From an uncultured Fibrobacterota bacterium (GTDB lineage Bacteria > Fibrobacterota > Chitinivibrionia > Chitinivibrionales > FEN-1185), in contig CAVWBU010000016.1 in NCBI GenBank assembly GCA_963753345.1, positions 96,001 through 160,000 on the forward strand: DNA of 64,000 nucleotides. Direction: 5' to 3'. Below the pieces are notes generated by a model. It did no database searches. It was not told the origin of the DNA and saw only the letters and a program-made list of their open reading frames with translations. A program made the translations under genes and the position numbers. This document shows, piece by piece, positions 18,543 to 28,663 of the stretch; position 1 is the first letter of the stretch, and every line of letters starts with the position of its first letter.

Positions 18543-19225
18543 CAAAAGGGAAACGGCCCGTCGACATAAGGGCGGTGTTCGGCGCGGTGAAAAAGGAATT
18601 CGCGCGGCATCGCGTCCCCGTGGTCGACCTCGTGGAGATGCAGACCAAAGACCCGTTCAAGGTGCTCGTGACGACCATCCTCAGCGCGCGCACCAAGGAC
18701 GAGACCACCACCCAGGCCTCCCGCAGGCTGTATTCCCGGGTTGCCGATCTTGACGAACTGGAAAAGGTCCCGCAAAGAGGGCTGGAAAAACTCATATTCC
18801 CGGTCGGGTTCTACAGGACCAAGGCGCGCCACCTTAAACAGCTGCCGGGCGCCATACGGCGCCTGTTCGGCGGCAGGATTCCGGATTCCGTGGACGAGCT
18901 TGTCCAGCTGCCGGGCGTCGGCAGGAAGACCGCCAACCTCGTGGTCGCTGTGGCGTTCGGCAAGCCGGCAATCTGCGTGGACGTCCACGTTCACAGGATA
19001 TGCAACAGGCTCGGGTATCTCTCGACAAGGAACCCGTTTGAAACGGAAATGAAGCTCCGCGCAATCCTTCCGCCGGACCTGTGGATCATGTTCAACTCGT
19101 ACCTTGTTTCATTCGGCCAGCACACGTGCTTTCCGGTGAACCCGCGCTGCGACCGGTGCGCCGTTGCCGCGCACTGCAACCGGGTGGGCGTGCGCACCAA
19201 ATACCCTCCGAAATCCTTTGCATAG
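18539..19225 (+). CDS. nth: Endonuclease III (HhH-GPD DNA glycosylase)
   Basis: PFKVLVTTILSART.D, GFYR.KA, LPGVGRKTAN, VDVHVHR, C-X6-C-X2-C-X5-C 4Fe-4S motif. Confidence 0.93.
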   Translation: MTKGKRPVDIRAVFGAVKKEFARHRVPVVDLVEMQTKDPFKVLVTTILSARTKDETTTQASRRLYSRVADLDELEKVPQRGLEKLIFPVGFYRTKARHLKQLPGAIRRLFGGRIPDSVDELVQLPGVGRKTANLVVAVAFGKPAICVDVHVHRICNRLGYLSTRNPFETEMKLRAILPPDLWIMFNSYLVSFGQHTCFPVNPRCDRCAVAAHCNRVGVRTKYPPKSFA

Positions 19226-19307
19226 CGCTGCGGCTTTTGTATTTTGATGGTTGCGGTCCGGCCCTTGTCGGCCGCGGCGCATTTCTTCAATACTACTGGA
19301 GGACGTC

Positions 19308-19970
19308 ATGGCAGACCTACCGAAAAAAGGATTTTCCGCTGCGGACCCGGACGACGAAATCGACCTTGAAGCGCTTGTCAAGAAAGCTCCGCCGCCGCAG
19401 GCAGCTCCCGTGAAACAGGCCGCGCCCCAAAGCATCCAGCCTCCGAGACAGGAAAAACCGCGGGCGCCCGCTCCGCAGGCGGAAGAATTCGACGTCCGGA
19501 GCTTCCCTCATGCCGCGCCCGCCGAACCGAAAAAACAACCAGGGCCTGCGCAGCCTTTGCGGATGGAACCTGAGGACTCGGCCGGCTACGACCAGGAAAC
19601 CGAATTCGATCATCCGGCGCACCGGCAGAAGGTCCGAGTGCTTCCCTCTCTCCCTACTCTTATCCTCATCATCATCGTTTCGGTGGCCACCGCTTTCGTT
19701 ACCGGAATCATCGTCCACCTGACAGCGCCCACGCTCGACACCAAGATGCAGGAGATCCTCTCAAACCAGGAAAACAACAGCGTCAAGGTGAACAACCTGG
19801 ATCAAACAGTGTCCAGAATGGCCGACGACATTAAAGCCCTTCAGACCAAGCCCCAGCCCGCGCCCGCACCCGCCGCGCCAAAGAAGCATGCGGCCAGACC
19901 AAAGCCAGCTCCCGAGACAGCTCCTCCTGCGCCCGAACCCGCCGCAGAGACCCCGACCCCGGCGGAGTAG
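19308..19970 (+). CDS. Pro/Ala-rich single-TM hypothetical protein with short coiled coil
   Basis: GGAGG RBS; one hydrophobic segment (LPTLILIIIVSVATAFVTGIIV); low-complexity PAP linkers. Confidence 0.7.
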   Translation: MADLPKKGFSAADPDDEIDLEALVKKAPPPQAAPVKQAAPQSIQPPRQEKPRAPAPQAEEFDVRSFPHAAPAEPKKQPGPAQPLRMEPEDSAGYDQETEFDHPAHRQKVRVLPSLPTLILIIIVSVATAFVTGIIVHLTAPTLDTKMQEILSNQENNSVKVNNLDQTVSRMADDIKALQTKPQPAPAPAAPKKHAARPKPAPETAPPAPEPAAETPTPAE

Positions 19971-20043
19971 ACTTGGGTATGCGTCTCAGCGACGGCGCTG
20001 AGACGCCATGCCATCCTGCAGAACCGTTTCGTGAAAGCCGCCG

Positions 20044-21060
20044 ATGAAGGAAGCCGCCTACTATTCCGTGGTGTCGGCCGAGGGCAAGAAACTCCGGTGT
20101 GACCTGTGCCCCCACCGTTGTCTCTTGACAGACGGCAAGACCGGCATCTGTCTCGCCCGAAGGAACACGGGCGGCATCCTGTATTCCCTCGTGCACCTCA
20201 GGCCCGTTTCCGCCGCCATAGACCCCATCGAAAAGAAACCGCTGTACCATTTTCATCCGGGAACGCGGATTTTCTCAAGCGGGCCCAACGGCTGCACGTT
20301 TAAGTGCCGGTTCTGCCAGAACTGCGAGATTTCGCAGACCGTGCTTTCGGTGCGGGAAATCGCCGCTGCCGCATTTGTCAAATCGATCCTGGACAGCGGG
20401 ACCATCGGCATCGCGTACACCTATTCGGAGCCGTTCGTATGGTTCGAAACCATCATGGAAATAGGCGCCGTTGTCCGGGAGCACGGCCTCGTTAACGTCA
20501 TGGTCACCAACGGTTTCATGGAGCAGAAGCCGCTTTCGGACCTTCTCACGCTTGTTGACGCAATGAACATCGACATCAAGTCGATGAACCCGGCGTTCTA
20601 CCGGCGGCTGTGCAAGGCGCGGCTCGAACCGGTTCTTGCGGCATGCGAAACAGTCAAGAAGAAATGCCATCTCGAAATCACCAACCTTCTCATCCCGGGC
20701 GAGAACGATTCCGAGAAAGACATTTGCCAGCTTGTGGACTGGGTCGCCGCCAATCTCGGGCGCGACACTCCCCTGCACTTCTCGCGGTACTTTCCGCGCT
20801 ACCAAATGGATGCGCCGCCGACGCCGGCCGCAACCCTGCTGCGCGCCCACGCCATAGCGATCCGGAAGCTCGACTACGTCTACCTGGGAAACATGGATTC
20901 ACAAATCGGAAGCGACACCCGCTGCCCGTCGTGCGGCACGGTACTGGTCCAAAGGAACGGATATTCCATATCTGTCAACAAGTCGCTCAGAAAAGAGACA
21001 TCAACCGGGAAAGCGTCTTGCCCTTCCTGCAACCGCGCCACGAACATCATTCTCGACTGA
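20044..21060 (+). CDS. amrS: AmmeMemoRadiSam system radical SAM enzyme
   Basis: CDLCPHRC, DPIEKKPLYHFHPG, GCTFKCRFCQN, AYTYSEP, PLHFSRYFP, C-terminal CPSC pairs. Confidence 0.92.
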   Translation: MKEAAYYSVVSAEGKKLRCDLCPHRCLLTDGKTGICLARRNTGGILYSLVHLRPVSAAIDPIEKKPLYHFHPGTRIFSSGPNGCTFKCRFCQNCEISQTVLSVREIAAAAFVKSILDSGTIGIAYTYSEPFVWFETIMEIGAVVREHGLVNVMVTNGFMEQKPLSDLLTLVDAMNIDIKSMNPAFYRRLCKARLEPVLAACETVKKKCHLEITNLLIPGENDSEKDICQLVDWVAANLGRDTPLHFSRYFPRYQMDAPPTPAATLLRAHAIAIRKLDYVYLGNMDSQIGSDTRCPSCGTVLVQRNGYSISVNKSLRKETSTGKASCPSCNRATNIILD

Positions 21061-21157
21061 CTGCGTTCCCGTTAGCTCCCCCGCTCCGTCCACAGAATGT
21101 ATTGGCGCGTCCGGCGCGTGAGCACGCTAAGCAGGGCCGCGATGCCGGCGGTAAAAA

Positions 21158-21823
21158 CTACGGGGTGGTTCCGAGATCGAACCATTTCGCGATGACCCAG
21201 AGGGACGGGTTCTGCGGGTCCTTTTCGAGATAGAACACCTGTTCTCCTATGTCAACATAATAGTCGGCGACCGTCTGGTCTCCGGTGTTGACGCGCACCA
21301 GGAACTCGCCGTCGCGTACGATAACCTCGGCGTACTGGGTGCCGTCCGGAGCTTTGAAGTAATTGATGGCGTTGGTGTCGATGGGTTGCGGATTCACCTG
21401 CAGGCTGATATCTATCGCGTCGGCAAAGAGATTCTCGTGGATCTCAATCTCGTCATCGTAGGTCCAATAGTACATCTGCGAAATTCCCTTTACCTCCCGC
21501 ACGTAACTGAACATCGAATCGATGGTCTCGAGCAGCGCGTCCCCATGCTCCTTGGCGTAATCGGCCTGGAAACTGGGGGACACGTAGAATCGGAAATCCT
21601 TCAAGGGAGAAAACAGGTCCATAAAGAGGCCGATCTGGCGGGTTTCGTACGCCGTGAAAAGCTGCTGGATCGTGCCCGCCGGTGTGCTTCTCCCGATACC
21701 GGCGGTCTGCGGTTCCCCGGTCTGCGGAAAAAACGGGTCGAAGCATCCGTGCAGGAGCAGGCACAGCGCCACCGCGGCTGCAGCCCGCCCTCCGAACGAT
21801 TTCCTATGGTTCGCCTTCGCCAT
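21158..21823 (-). CDS. Hypothetical lipoprotein (NTF2/SnoaL-like C-terminus possible)
   Basis: Lipobox LLHGC followed by FDPF; ends W.I.KW.D. Similar in style to the adjacent lipoprotein. Confidence 0.65.
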   Translation of the reverse strand: MAKANHRKSFGGRAAAAVALCLLLHGCFDPFFPQTGEPQTAGIGRSTPAGTIQQLFTAYETRQIGLFMDLFSPLKDFRFYVSPSFQADYAKEHGDALLETIDSMFSYVREVKGISQMYYWTYDDEIEIHENLFADAIDISLQVNPQPIDTNAINYFKAPDGTQYAEVIVRDGEFLVRVNTGDQTVADYYVDIGEQVFYLEKDPQNPSLWVIAKWFDLGTTP

Positions 21824-21836
21824 TTTCAATCCCGCG

Positions 21837-22361
21837 CTAGTATTCGGGTACAAAAAGCGGATGGAAGATGGATCTGCCCGGATACTTGTCTTTCCAATAA
21901 ACGATGCACCATGTGTTCTTGCTGGCATTAAAGATGAATTTGAACGACGCGTTGTCGTCGAACGTGTATGATTTCGGCGGGATCATCAGCGTATCCCGCG
22001 CCGCGACATGATAGGCGCGGTCCACATAGAACGTGTCGCCGATGGTGAAATCGGACAGGGAATCCGGCGTCCACGATACCGCATCGATGGCAAACCTGTT
22101 CCAGACGTCATGGAGATGGTCGATGAGCATCTTCCTGTCGAAAATATTGTCGTTGATATCAACATAGATCGCCGTGTCGTAGAAAATGTCGTTGTAGTCC
22201 ACCTTGGTGATCTGTTTCCCCGTGTTCCACAGGATCGAGGCGAAATTGAACGGGTCCACGATTGCTGTGCTCGAAGGGTACTCGGCCGGACGCGGATCGA
22301 ATAGGCCGCAAGAGACGATTGAAAGCACGCCGGCGGCAAGGAGAAGTACGGTCTTACGCAT
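21837..22361 (-). CDS. Hypothetical lipoprotein
   Basis: MRKTVLLLAAGVLSIVSC lipobox, GLFDPR, W.I.YW.D. Confidence 0.7.
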   Translation of the reverse strand: MRKTVLLLAAGVLSIVSCGLFDPRPAEYPSSTAIVDPFNFASILWNTGKQITKVDYNDIFYDTAIYVDINDNIFDRKMLIDHLHDVWNRFAIDAVSWTPDSLSDFTIGDTFYVDRAYHVAARDTLMIPPKSYTFDDNASFKFIFNASKNTWCIVYWKDKYPGRSIFHPLFVPEY

Positions 22362-22362
22362 G

Positions 22363-24387
22363 CTAAAAGACCCCGGTTAGAGAAACATGTATGTCCCAGA
22401 TGTTTTCGTGGACGTCGAAGGTCCTTCCGAATGCGGCATGGAATTGCAGCCGGCGCTCGAGCATGTACGATACCGATGCGAACGGCGTCACGCGCGAGCC
22501 GGCAGTGGGAAGAAGCGAATAATCCCGATTGAGCACGTTGAACTCCCTCAGATCATTGTACTCATAGGAAAACCCCGCGGCCAGCTGCCCGGTGTTCTGC
22601 ACGGTTGCCGCCGCCGTGAGTTTGATCCCGTGTTGCCATGACTTGTCGACAATGGCATAATAGTCCCCCTCGGTGGATGCCGCCGGTGAATTTGCAAGCA
22701 CGGAGGAATCGATGTACTCCCTTGCGTTCCACCAGCCGAAGTCACAGTAGGTTTCCTTCCATTCGGCCATGAAGGTGAGCCATGAGGCGGCGGCAACATC
22801 GAACAGAAACAGCGACGTCCATTTGCGGGAGTACGGCGGCGGCGAGCCCCGTTTGGTTTCGGGAAATTCGTAACTCGTCACCTTTGCGTCCGCGCTCATG
22901 GCCTCCGAGAGCGTGCACCGCTGCGCCACAACGAAACCGGCGCTTCCGCCCACGCGGTAAAACTGGTCGATGGTGTTGTCGCCGCTCTTTTCCTTCTTAA
23001 TATAGTTCGTAAGATTCTTTGAATACTCTCCAAACAGCGACGCCTTGCCCCACGACGAGGGAATCGGCACGAGCGTGAGTCTCTGCCTGTTGACAATGAT
23101 GTCGTTGTCGAGCGGCGGGTCGGGACGGATGGTATCGCGGCCCGAAACGTAGAAAACCGGATAGTCTTTTGAGTACCTCGAAATGTCGAACGTGTATTCG
23201 GCGCCGATGCCGTTCTTGAAGTACTTCTGGAGCGTATGGATCATCGCGGCGCGAAATCCCGTGTAATCGTCGAGGCTGGCCAGCTGCCCTTCGAGGTTCA
23301 TCAGCTGAAGCTGCGGGGTGAGCGTGGCGGACCCGCCTTCATCGGCGGTAAGCGAATGCTTTTCCTCACGTTCCCAGTCGATCTTTATCCCTCCCGCATA
23401 GGTCACCGGGAACATGGAATCCGTTCCGAGGAGAAAATTGACCGAATTATCGGTGTTCTTCTTGTCGCCCCATACGTCGCGGTACGACAGCGTGTGCTCG
23501 GCGTACGTATATACCGCTTCCGGAATAAGAAACAGCCTCGGCTTTCCCTTGATGCCGGCGCTTACCTGATACGAACGCTCGGTCTTCTCCGGATCGTCGA
23601 TGAACTGCGGCTTGCCCTGGGCCTGACCGAGGAACGCGTCTCTCCCGTTTGTCAATGAGTCGGCATACGCCACGAAACAGCTGTCGCCGGTGGGAAGGGA
23701 CGCGTGAAAAAAGGCGAAACCCGTTCCGGACACCAGGCGGGACGTCCCCATGGACCTGCCATAGCCGCGCACGTTTACAATGAGGGGGATTAACGGGAGC
23801 GGTTTCGTCGGAGAGCCGATTTCCCCCCCGGCATAAAACCCCTTGTCGCGGGAAATAGCGTCGTATTCGGCGGCGTTCACCACGCCGAGGCTGTCCGTCC
23901 ATGCCCTCGCCGTTCCGCCGCCGTGCACGCTCACCGGTATGCCGAAGGGGTTCGCCTCAAGAACAGGCCCGGCTTCTATTGAACCGAGAATGCCCTCCCG
24001 CGACGTGCGCTGGTTCAGGATGAGCACGGGCGTCCATTCGAGCCCGGCCGACAGGCCCAGCGGAAACCGCTTTCTGACAAAGCGGCCCGAAAGGTCATAA
24101 AACTGATCCTCGGTGTTGAATCTTGAATCGTTGATCAATTCGTAATCGACGTTCTGATCCACGCCCAAGGACGCGCTGTTGCTTGTTATGGTCACCGAAT
24201 CTTTCGATTTGAACGTGCGGATATACAGATTCTGGTCCGATCCGTAGGCGGTGCGGTTTGAATCGGCCTGCGGAACCGGCGTGGGAACGACCAGTATCTG
24301 CGGCCACGAATTAACCTGGCAGGGTGCGGGAAGCGCGGCAAACGCTGCACAGGCGGCGGCAGCGACAGGGATCAGGGCTTTTCGCAT
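22363..24387 (-). CDS. Hypothetical exported, probable outer-membrane beta-barrel protein
   Basis: Signal peptide MRKALIPVAAAACAAFAA; alternating beta-strand pattern; terminal Phe (SLTGVF). Start overlaps the rsmA end. Confidence 0.65.
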   Translation of the reverse strand: MRKALIPVAAAACAAFAALPAPCQVNSWPQILVVPTPVPQADSNRTAYGSDQNLYIRTFKSKDSVTITSNSASLGVDQNVDYELINDSRFNTEDQFYDLSGRFVRKRFPLGLSAGLEWTPVLILNQRTSREGILGSIEAGPVLEANPFGIPVSVHGGGTARAWTDSLGVVNAAEYDAISRDKGFYAGGEIGSPTKPLPLIPLIVNVRGYGRSMGTSRLVSGTGFAFFHASLPTGDSCFVAYADSLTNGRDAFLGQAQGKPQFIDDPEKTERSYQVSAGIKGKPRLFLIPEAVYTYAEHTLSYRDVWGDKKNTDNSVNFLLGTDSMFPVTYAGGIKIDWEREEKHSLTADEGGSATLTPQLQLMNLEGQLASLDDYTGFRAAMIHTLQKYFKNGIGAEYTFDISRYSKDYPVFYVSGRDTIRPDPPLDNDIIVNRQRLTLVPIPSSWGKASLFGEYSKNLTNYIKKEKSGDNTIDQFYRVGGSAGFVVAQRCTLSEAMSADAKVTSYEFPETKRGSPPPYSRKWTSLFLFDVAAASWLTFMAEWKETYCDFGWWNAREYIDSSVLANSPAASTEGDYYAIVDKSWQHGIKLTAAATVQNTGQLAAGFSYEYNDLREFNVLNRDYSLLPTAGSRVTPFASVSYMLERRLQFHAAFGRTFDVHENIWDIHVSLTGVF

Positions 24388-25157
24388 GACAGCCTGTACA
24401 GTTCGAGCCATTGGTCCGCACTCAGGTCTTCGGCGCGCGCGCCGGCAGGGATTCCCATGCCGCACAACAACCCTGTCCAGCGGTCGCGGCCGCCCTCCCT
24501 GCCCAGCACATTCGCGAGCATCTTTCTTCTCATTCTGAAACCGCGGTCCACAAAGGAAAAATAGTCCTGCCATCGCGACACGCGAAGTTTGGTATCCAGG
24601 TCCTTTTCGACAAGGATCTGAAAGACGGTGGAATCGACCTTCGGCTTGGGAAAAAACGCCCCGGCCGGAACATGGAACAGGATCTGCGGCTTCCCGAAAA
24701 ACCGGCAGAACACCGTAAGAAACCCGTTTTCTTTGGTATGCGGGCCGGCCGCGATCCTCTGCGCAACCTCGCGCTGAACCATGAAGGTGCACGATAGAAT
24801 ATTGTTTCCGTGCAAAAGCGTCTTGCGGAGTATCATGGCGCCGATTGAGTACGGCAGATTCCCCACCACGTGAAGAGGGAACCCCGCGGCGCCGAAATCA
24901 AAACCAAGCACGTCGCATTGGTGGATAGTCCACGCTCCCGGCCCGAGCGCGGCGGAAAGCGCGGAGGCTGCGTCCGGATCGATTTCCACGCAATGCACAC
25001 CGGGAAACCGCTTGACAAGATGGAACGTGAGCGCGCCCTTCCCCGCACCGATTTCGAGCACGTTCTCCTGCCCGGAGGCGGGAACGCTTGCGGCAATGCG
25101 CCGTGCGTGCGAGACCGACGTGAGAAAATGCTGGCCGAGGTGTTTCTTGGGACCCAT
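24372..25157 (-). CDS. rsmA: 16S rRNA m6,2A1518/1519 dimethyltransferase
   Basis: KKHLGQHFL, VLEIGAGKG, EID, VGNLPY, MVQREVA.R, F.PKPKVDS, RRKML, RAEDL. Confidence 0.95.
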   Translation of the reverse strand: MGPKKHLGQHFLTSVSHARRIAASVPASGQENVLEIGAGKGALTFHLVKRFPGVHCVEIDPDAASALSAALGPGAWTIHQCDVLGFDFGAAGFPLHVVGNLPYSIGAMILRKTLLHGNNILSCTFMVQREVAQRIAAGPHTKENGFLTVFCRFFGKPQILFHVPAGAFFPKPKVDSTVFQILVEKDLDTKLRVSRWQDYFSFVDRGFRMRRKMLANVLGREGGRDRWTGLLCGMGIPAGARAEDLSADQWLELYRLSCEKP

Positions 25158-25262
25158 GGAACATCACCCGCATCCCGATCCATCACACGCGATCAATTTG
25201 ACAATGGCCGTCATACAACGTAGTTTTCAAGTACGTCATCGTTGAAGAAAAAGGAGAACCCC

Positions 25263-25667
25263 GTGAAGAAAACAGCATGCATTGCCGCGGTATGCGCCCT
25301 CTTGATCTGCGCCCTGTCGTGCCAGAAAAAAGAACCCGCCGCACAGACCGCCCCGGCCGCCGAGCCTTCGAAGGTCGAATTCGTGCCTCCCGCGGATTCC
25401 TCGGTGACGATCGACCAGATGAAGAAATGGATCGTGTGCAACGTATACCTCGATTCGCTCAGCCTCCTGTACAAGGATTCTTTTTCGGTAAACGACCCCG
25501 CGAAGCAGATGGCCTGTCAGGACCGCTTTGTGAAATCGGAAGACAGGATCTGCGTCCGCCTCGGCATCACCGGCGGCTACGCGGAATACCTGTGGATACT
25601 CCGGAATCTCGGCAACCCGAAAAACAAGCGGATCGTCGACTCGCTCAAACTGGCGACCTACAAATAA
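25263..25667 (+). CDS. Hypothetical lipoprotein
   Basis: AAGGAG RBS, GTG start, lipobox ALSC followed by QKKEPA. Confidence 0.7.
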   Translation: MKKTACIAAVCALLICALSCQKKEPAAQTAPAAEPSKVEFVPPADSSVTIDQMKKWIVCNVYLDSLSLLYKDSFSVNDPAKQMACQDRFVKSEDRICVRLGITGGYAEYLWILRNLGNPKNKRIVDSLKLATYK

Positions 25668-25694
25668 CCTTGTCGCACGCGGTGCGCAGGCCGC

Positions 25695-27317
25695 TCAGAA
25701 ATACACCCCGCCGTTCACCTGGACTATCGACCTGCCGTCGAATTCGTAGTCGTACCTGACATTGACGCGAAACAACCCGAACTGGTCGAAGGTCCAGAAC
25801 AGCCCGAGCCGCGTGACGGCTTCGAGGCCGTCCTTCTGAAGAAACACCCTGTGCGGAGAATCCGGCGGGTTCACCGTCCCCGAGTCCTGGAACACGTCGG
25901 TGATGTTTCCGCCGCGCTGTTTGTGGTTGGTCCTCGCGTTTGTGAAGCTGATGCCGAGCGAGTTCCGCTGTGACAACCGCGTTTCGCACGAAAGCGCGAG
26001 CAGGTCGGAGTTGGGGCCGAGCGGCGCGCCGAGGCACACGTTGAAATTATCGTAGCGGTGGCTGCCGCCGTAGAAGTGCGTGTAGACCCACGGTTCCACC
26101 CGGCAGTATTCCGCGGACGCAGTCAACTCGCGCGAAAGCAGGCTCGTAAAGTACTGTCCGCCCACGTCGAACGCCCACTTGTTGCCCCAATCGTCGGAAA
26201 ACAGCGTCCACGGGGCGGTCATATCGTCGATAAAAAACTCTCCGTACCATCTGAAGTCGTCCGGAAAAGCAATATTGCAGTCGAACGACAGCGCCTTGTT
26301 GTCCCTGTCGCCCAGGTAGTGCTCCGTAAAGACATAGGGAACAAACGGAATCATATAGGCGATTTCCCAGTCACGGGTCACGCCGTAATAGTCTTTTCGC
26401 AACGCATTGGGAGACGTGGAATCCTGCTGATTGGTGGTGCTTCCGTTGATCACCACTTCCGTGAGCCCGAGGGTGAGCCGGTTCTTGAGCAACGGCACGT
26501 TGATCCTGTGCGTGTAGAAAAACTTGGGTTTGTCGCTCTCGCTCTCCAGCTTCCCCACGGTCTGCGTGTAGTCCATGATGCCGAACGACAATTGACCCCG
26601 CACATACGTTTCCGGAGGCGCATACCCCGAGAACGTGAGCGGGCTCACCAGAGCGGGCCCCTGCTTTATTTTGTCAATCCCGGCGTCAAGACGGAACGGC
26701 GGAGCAATGTACACCACCCCGCCCCGCAGCATATCGGACGACCGCACCCTGCTTGAGTCGGCCCTTCCATACAGGTTGTACGGCACGCCGTCGTACGGCT
26801 CGTAGGTGCTGGGATGGTACATGGTGTCGGACCTGTAGTCGGTCCAGACCTCGACGCCCGAGTAGAACGACAGGCTTAACAGGTTCGCATTGAGCGTGGG
26901 CGCGGCCGTGCCGCGGACGTATCCGGCGTTGTTCGCTCCCACCGAAACGGCGTCGGTGTCGGTGAGGTCGAGATGCACGTTTACATGCGCGTCGGTTTTC
27001 TTCGACTTCCATTTGAGCAGCCCGCCGCCGGAAGAAATCCGCTTCCTGAGCGCCGCTGCGTCGAACGTTTCGGCCGGAAGCAGCCTGCCCGCGGCGGCAA
27101 GGGAATCTGTTTTGTCAAGAAAGGCGAGCGCGTCGCACACGGTCATGGGCTGGCAGAAGAACGACGCGGGAAGCGCCACGCCGTACCTGCTCGAAATGCG
27201 GTACATGAAGTTGTCGGCGGCGGGGTCTATCTTGAGCGCGGGACAGAACTCGGCGCGCAGCGGCAGCACGCACGCGACGACGGCAATCACGAGTGAAGGA
27301 AGCCTGGCGGTGGCCAT
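25695..27317 (-). CDS. Capsule assembly Wzi-like outer-membrane protein
   Basis: Signal peptide; K.FYTHR, LGLTEVV, GDRDNK, YGEFFIDD, EY.RV.PWVYTH, LG.PLGPNSD; terminal Phe. Confidence 0.7.
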   Translation of the reverse strand: MATARLPSLVIAVVACVLPLRAEFCPALKIDPAADNFMYRISSRYGVALPASFFCQPMTVCDALAFLDKTDSLAAAGRLLPAETFDAAALRKRISSGGGLLKWKSKKTDAHVNVHLDLTDTDAVSVGANNAGYVRGTAAPTLNANLLSLSFYSGVEVWTDYRSDTMYHPSTYEPYDGVPYNLYGRADSSRVRSSDMLRGGVVYIAPPFRLDAGIDKIKQGPALVSPLTFSGYAPPETYVRGQLSFGIMDYTQTVGKLESESDKPKFFYTHRINVPLLKNRLTLGLTEVVINGSTTNQQDSTSPNALRKDYYGVTRDWEIAYMIPFVPYVFTEHYLGDRDNKALSFDCNIAFPDDFRWYGEFFIDDMTAPWTLFSDDWGNKWAFDVGGQYFTSLLSRELTASAEYCRVEPWVYTHFYGGSHRYDNFNVCLGAPLGPNSDLLALSCETRLSQRNSLGISFTNARTNHKQRGGNITDVFQDSGTVNPPDSPHRVFLQKDGLEAVTRLGLFWTFDQFGLFRVNVRYDYEFDGRSIVQVNGGVYF

Positions 27318-27372
27318 GGTCTAAAAATACTCCCGAGAAAACCTCACCGACGCGGGAATCGCGAACCCGCGC

Positions 27373-28386
27373 TCAGTTCGCGTACTTCTTCTGAATGTCG
27401 GCGATATACCTGAGGTGCTTCTTCACATAGGAGATTTTCGTATACGGCTCGGGCACGGGGCTGGCAAGCGCCTTTCTGCAGTACGCAAGGCATTCGTTCC
27501 TTCTGCCTGCCGCATCGCTTCCGCCGACCAGGATCTGATACCCGGAAAGAAGGTCGGACCAGTTCACGGGAACGCGCTTCTCCGACATCGCGACAAGCTT
27601 CCTCGCCCACGTCATCGCCGCGGGATAGTCCTTCTGCCAATAGGCGATGCGCGCCTTGAGCCGTATGAAGATCGTGTTCGCCGGGAGTTCGGCAAGCACG
27701 GCGGATGCGATGGAATCCGCCGCACGATATTCGTTCCGTTCGATCAGGACCCAGCACAGCGAGTTCTTTGCAGAATAGGAATAGGGAAACTCAGCACCCG
27801 TGGCGAGGCGAATCTGTTCCAGCCCTTCTTCCCGCCGGTCCTGAAAAAAGGGCAGCCATTTGAGGTTCTGGCTGATGTAATAGTTAAAGATGCCGAGCCC
27901 CAGATAGGCCGGATAATATTCCGGCATCGCCTTGATGACGCGCTTGAACGCGCCGATCGAAGACGCGCCGCTCTTGACGGCTGCGGGCCAATTTCCCACT
28001 TTTGCCTGTATCACGCTGACGCCGCCCTGGATGTTGCCGATGTAAAAGAGGCACAGCAGGGAGTCCCGTCCGTTCTTCCCCGCCAGCAGCCCGGAAAGGT
28101 TCTTTACGGCGGCATTTGCCCTTTCCAAATAGTAATCGGCATCAATCGTGTAGGACTCGTAATCGAGTATCCTGGTCTGTTCGGCGGCCAGCAGAAGATA
28201 GGCGGCTTCGGCATTGCGGGGGTCGACCCGAAGGATTTTCTCAAGGGAGTTTTCGGCCGACGCGTACTGCTGATTCACCAGGTAGATCTTGGCGGAATCA
28301 AGAATTCGGCCGGTATTCACCGGCTGGCCCGCAACATGGAACCACGCCGCCAGGACAGCCAGGACGGCGCATGAACTCTTTCTCAT
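27373..28386 (-). CDS. Exported TPR-repeat protein
   Basis: Signal peptide; TPR-like helices (DP.NAEA.Y, P.Y.PAYLGLG..NY). Start taken at ATG 28386, uncertain. Confidence 0.7.
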   Translation of the reverse strand: MRKSSCAVLAVLAAWFHVAGQPVNTGRILDSAKIYLVNQQYASAENSLEKILRVDPRNAEAAYLLLAAEQTRILDYESYTIDADYYLERANAAVKNLSGLLAGKNGRDSLLCLFYIGNIQGGVSVIQAKVGNWPAAVKSGASSIGAFKRVIKAMPEYYPAYLGLGIFNYYISQNLKWLPFFQDRREEGLEQIRLATGAEFPYSYSAKNSLCWVLIERNEYRAADSIASAVLAELPANTIFIRLKARIAYWQKDYPAAMTWARKLVAMSEKRVPVNWSDLLSGYQILVGGSDAAGRRNECLAYCRKALASPVPEPYTKISYVKKHLRYIADIQKKYAN

Positions 28387-28663
28387 CGTCTGAGCGTCGA
28401 TTAGGAAGCAGCGCATGGGAATGAAAAGAAGGTTTCGGGCATGGCCCCTAAAATATGATATGCAGGCAGCGGTTGAACACAAACGCTCACCTCCAACTAA
28501 TAATATTTTTATTCGGGCGGTTACAATACTATATTATTCTCAGAAGTTATCGGTTCTCTCCGAGAGCCTGGTTCATCGTTTTTCTTCGTTCCACAGGAGT
28601 TGAAACGTTAAAATAGAGGAACCATCCTTTCACCCCCATCCAAGACTCAAAAGGACCTCCCGT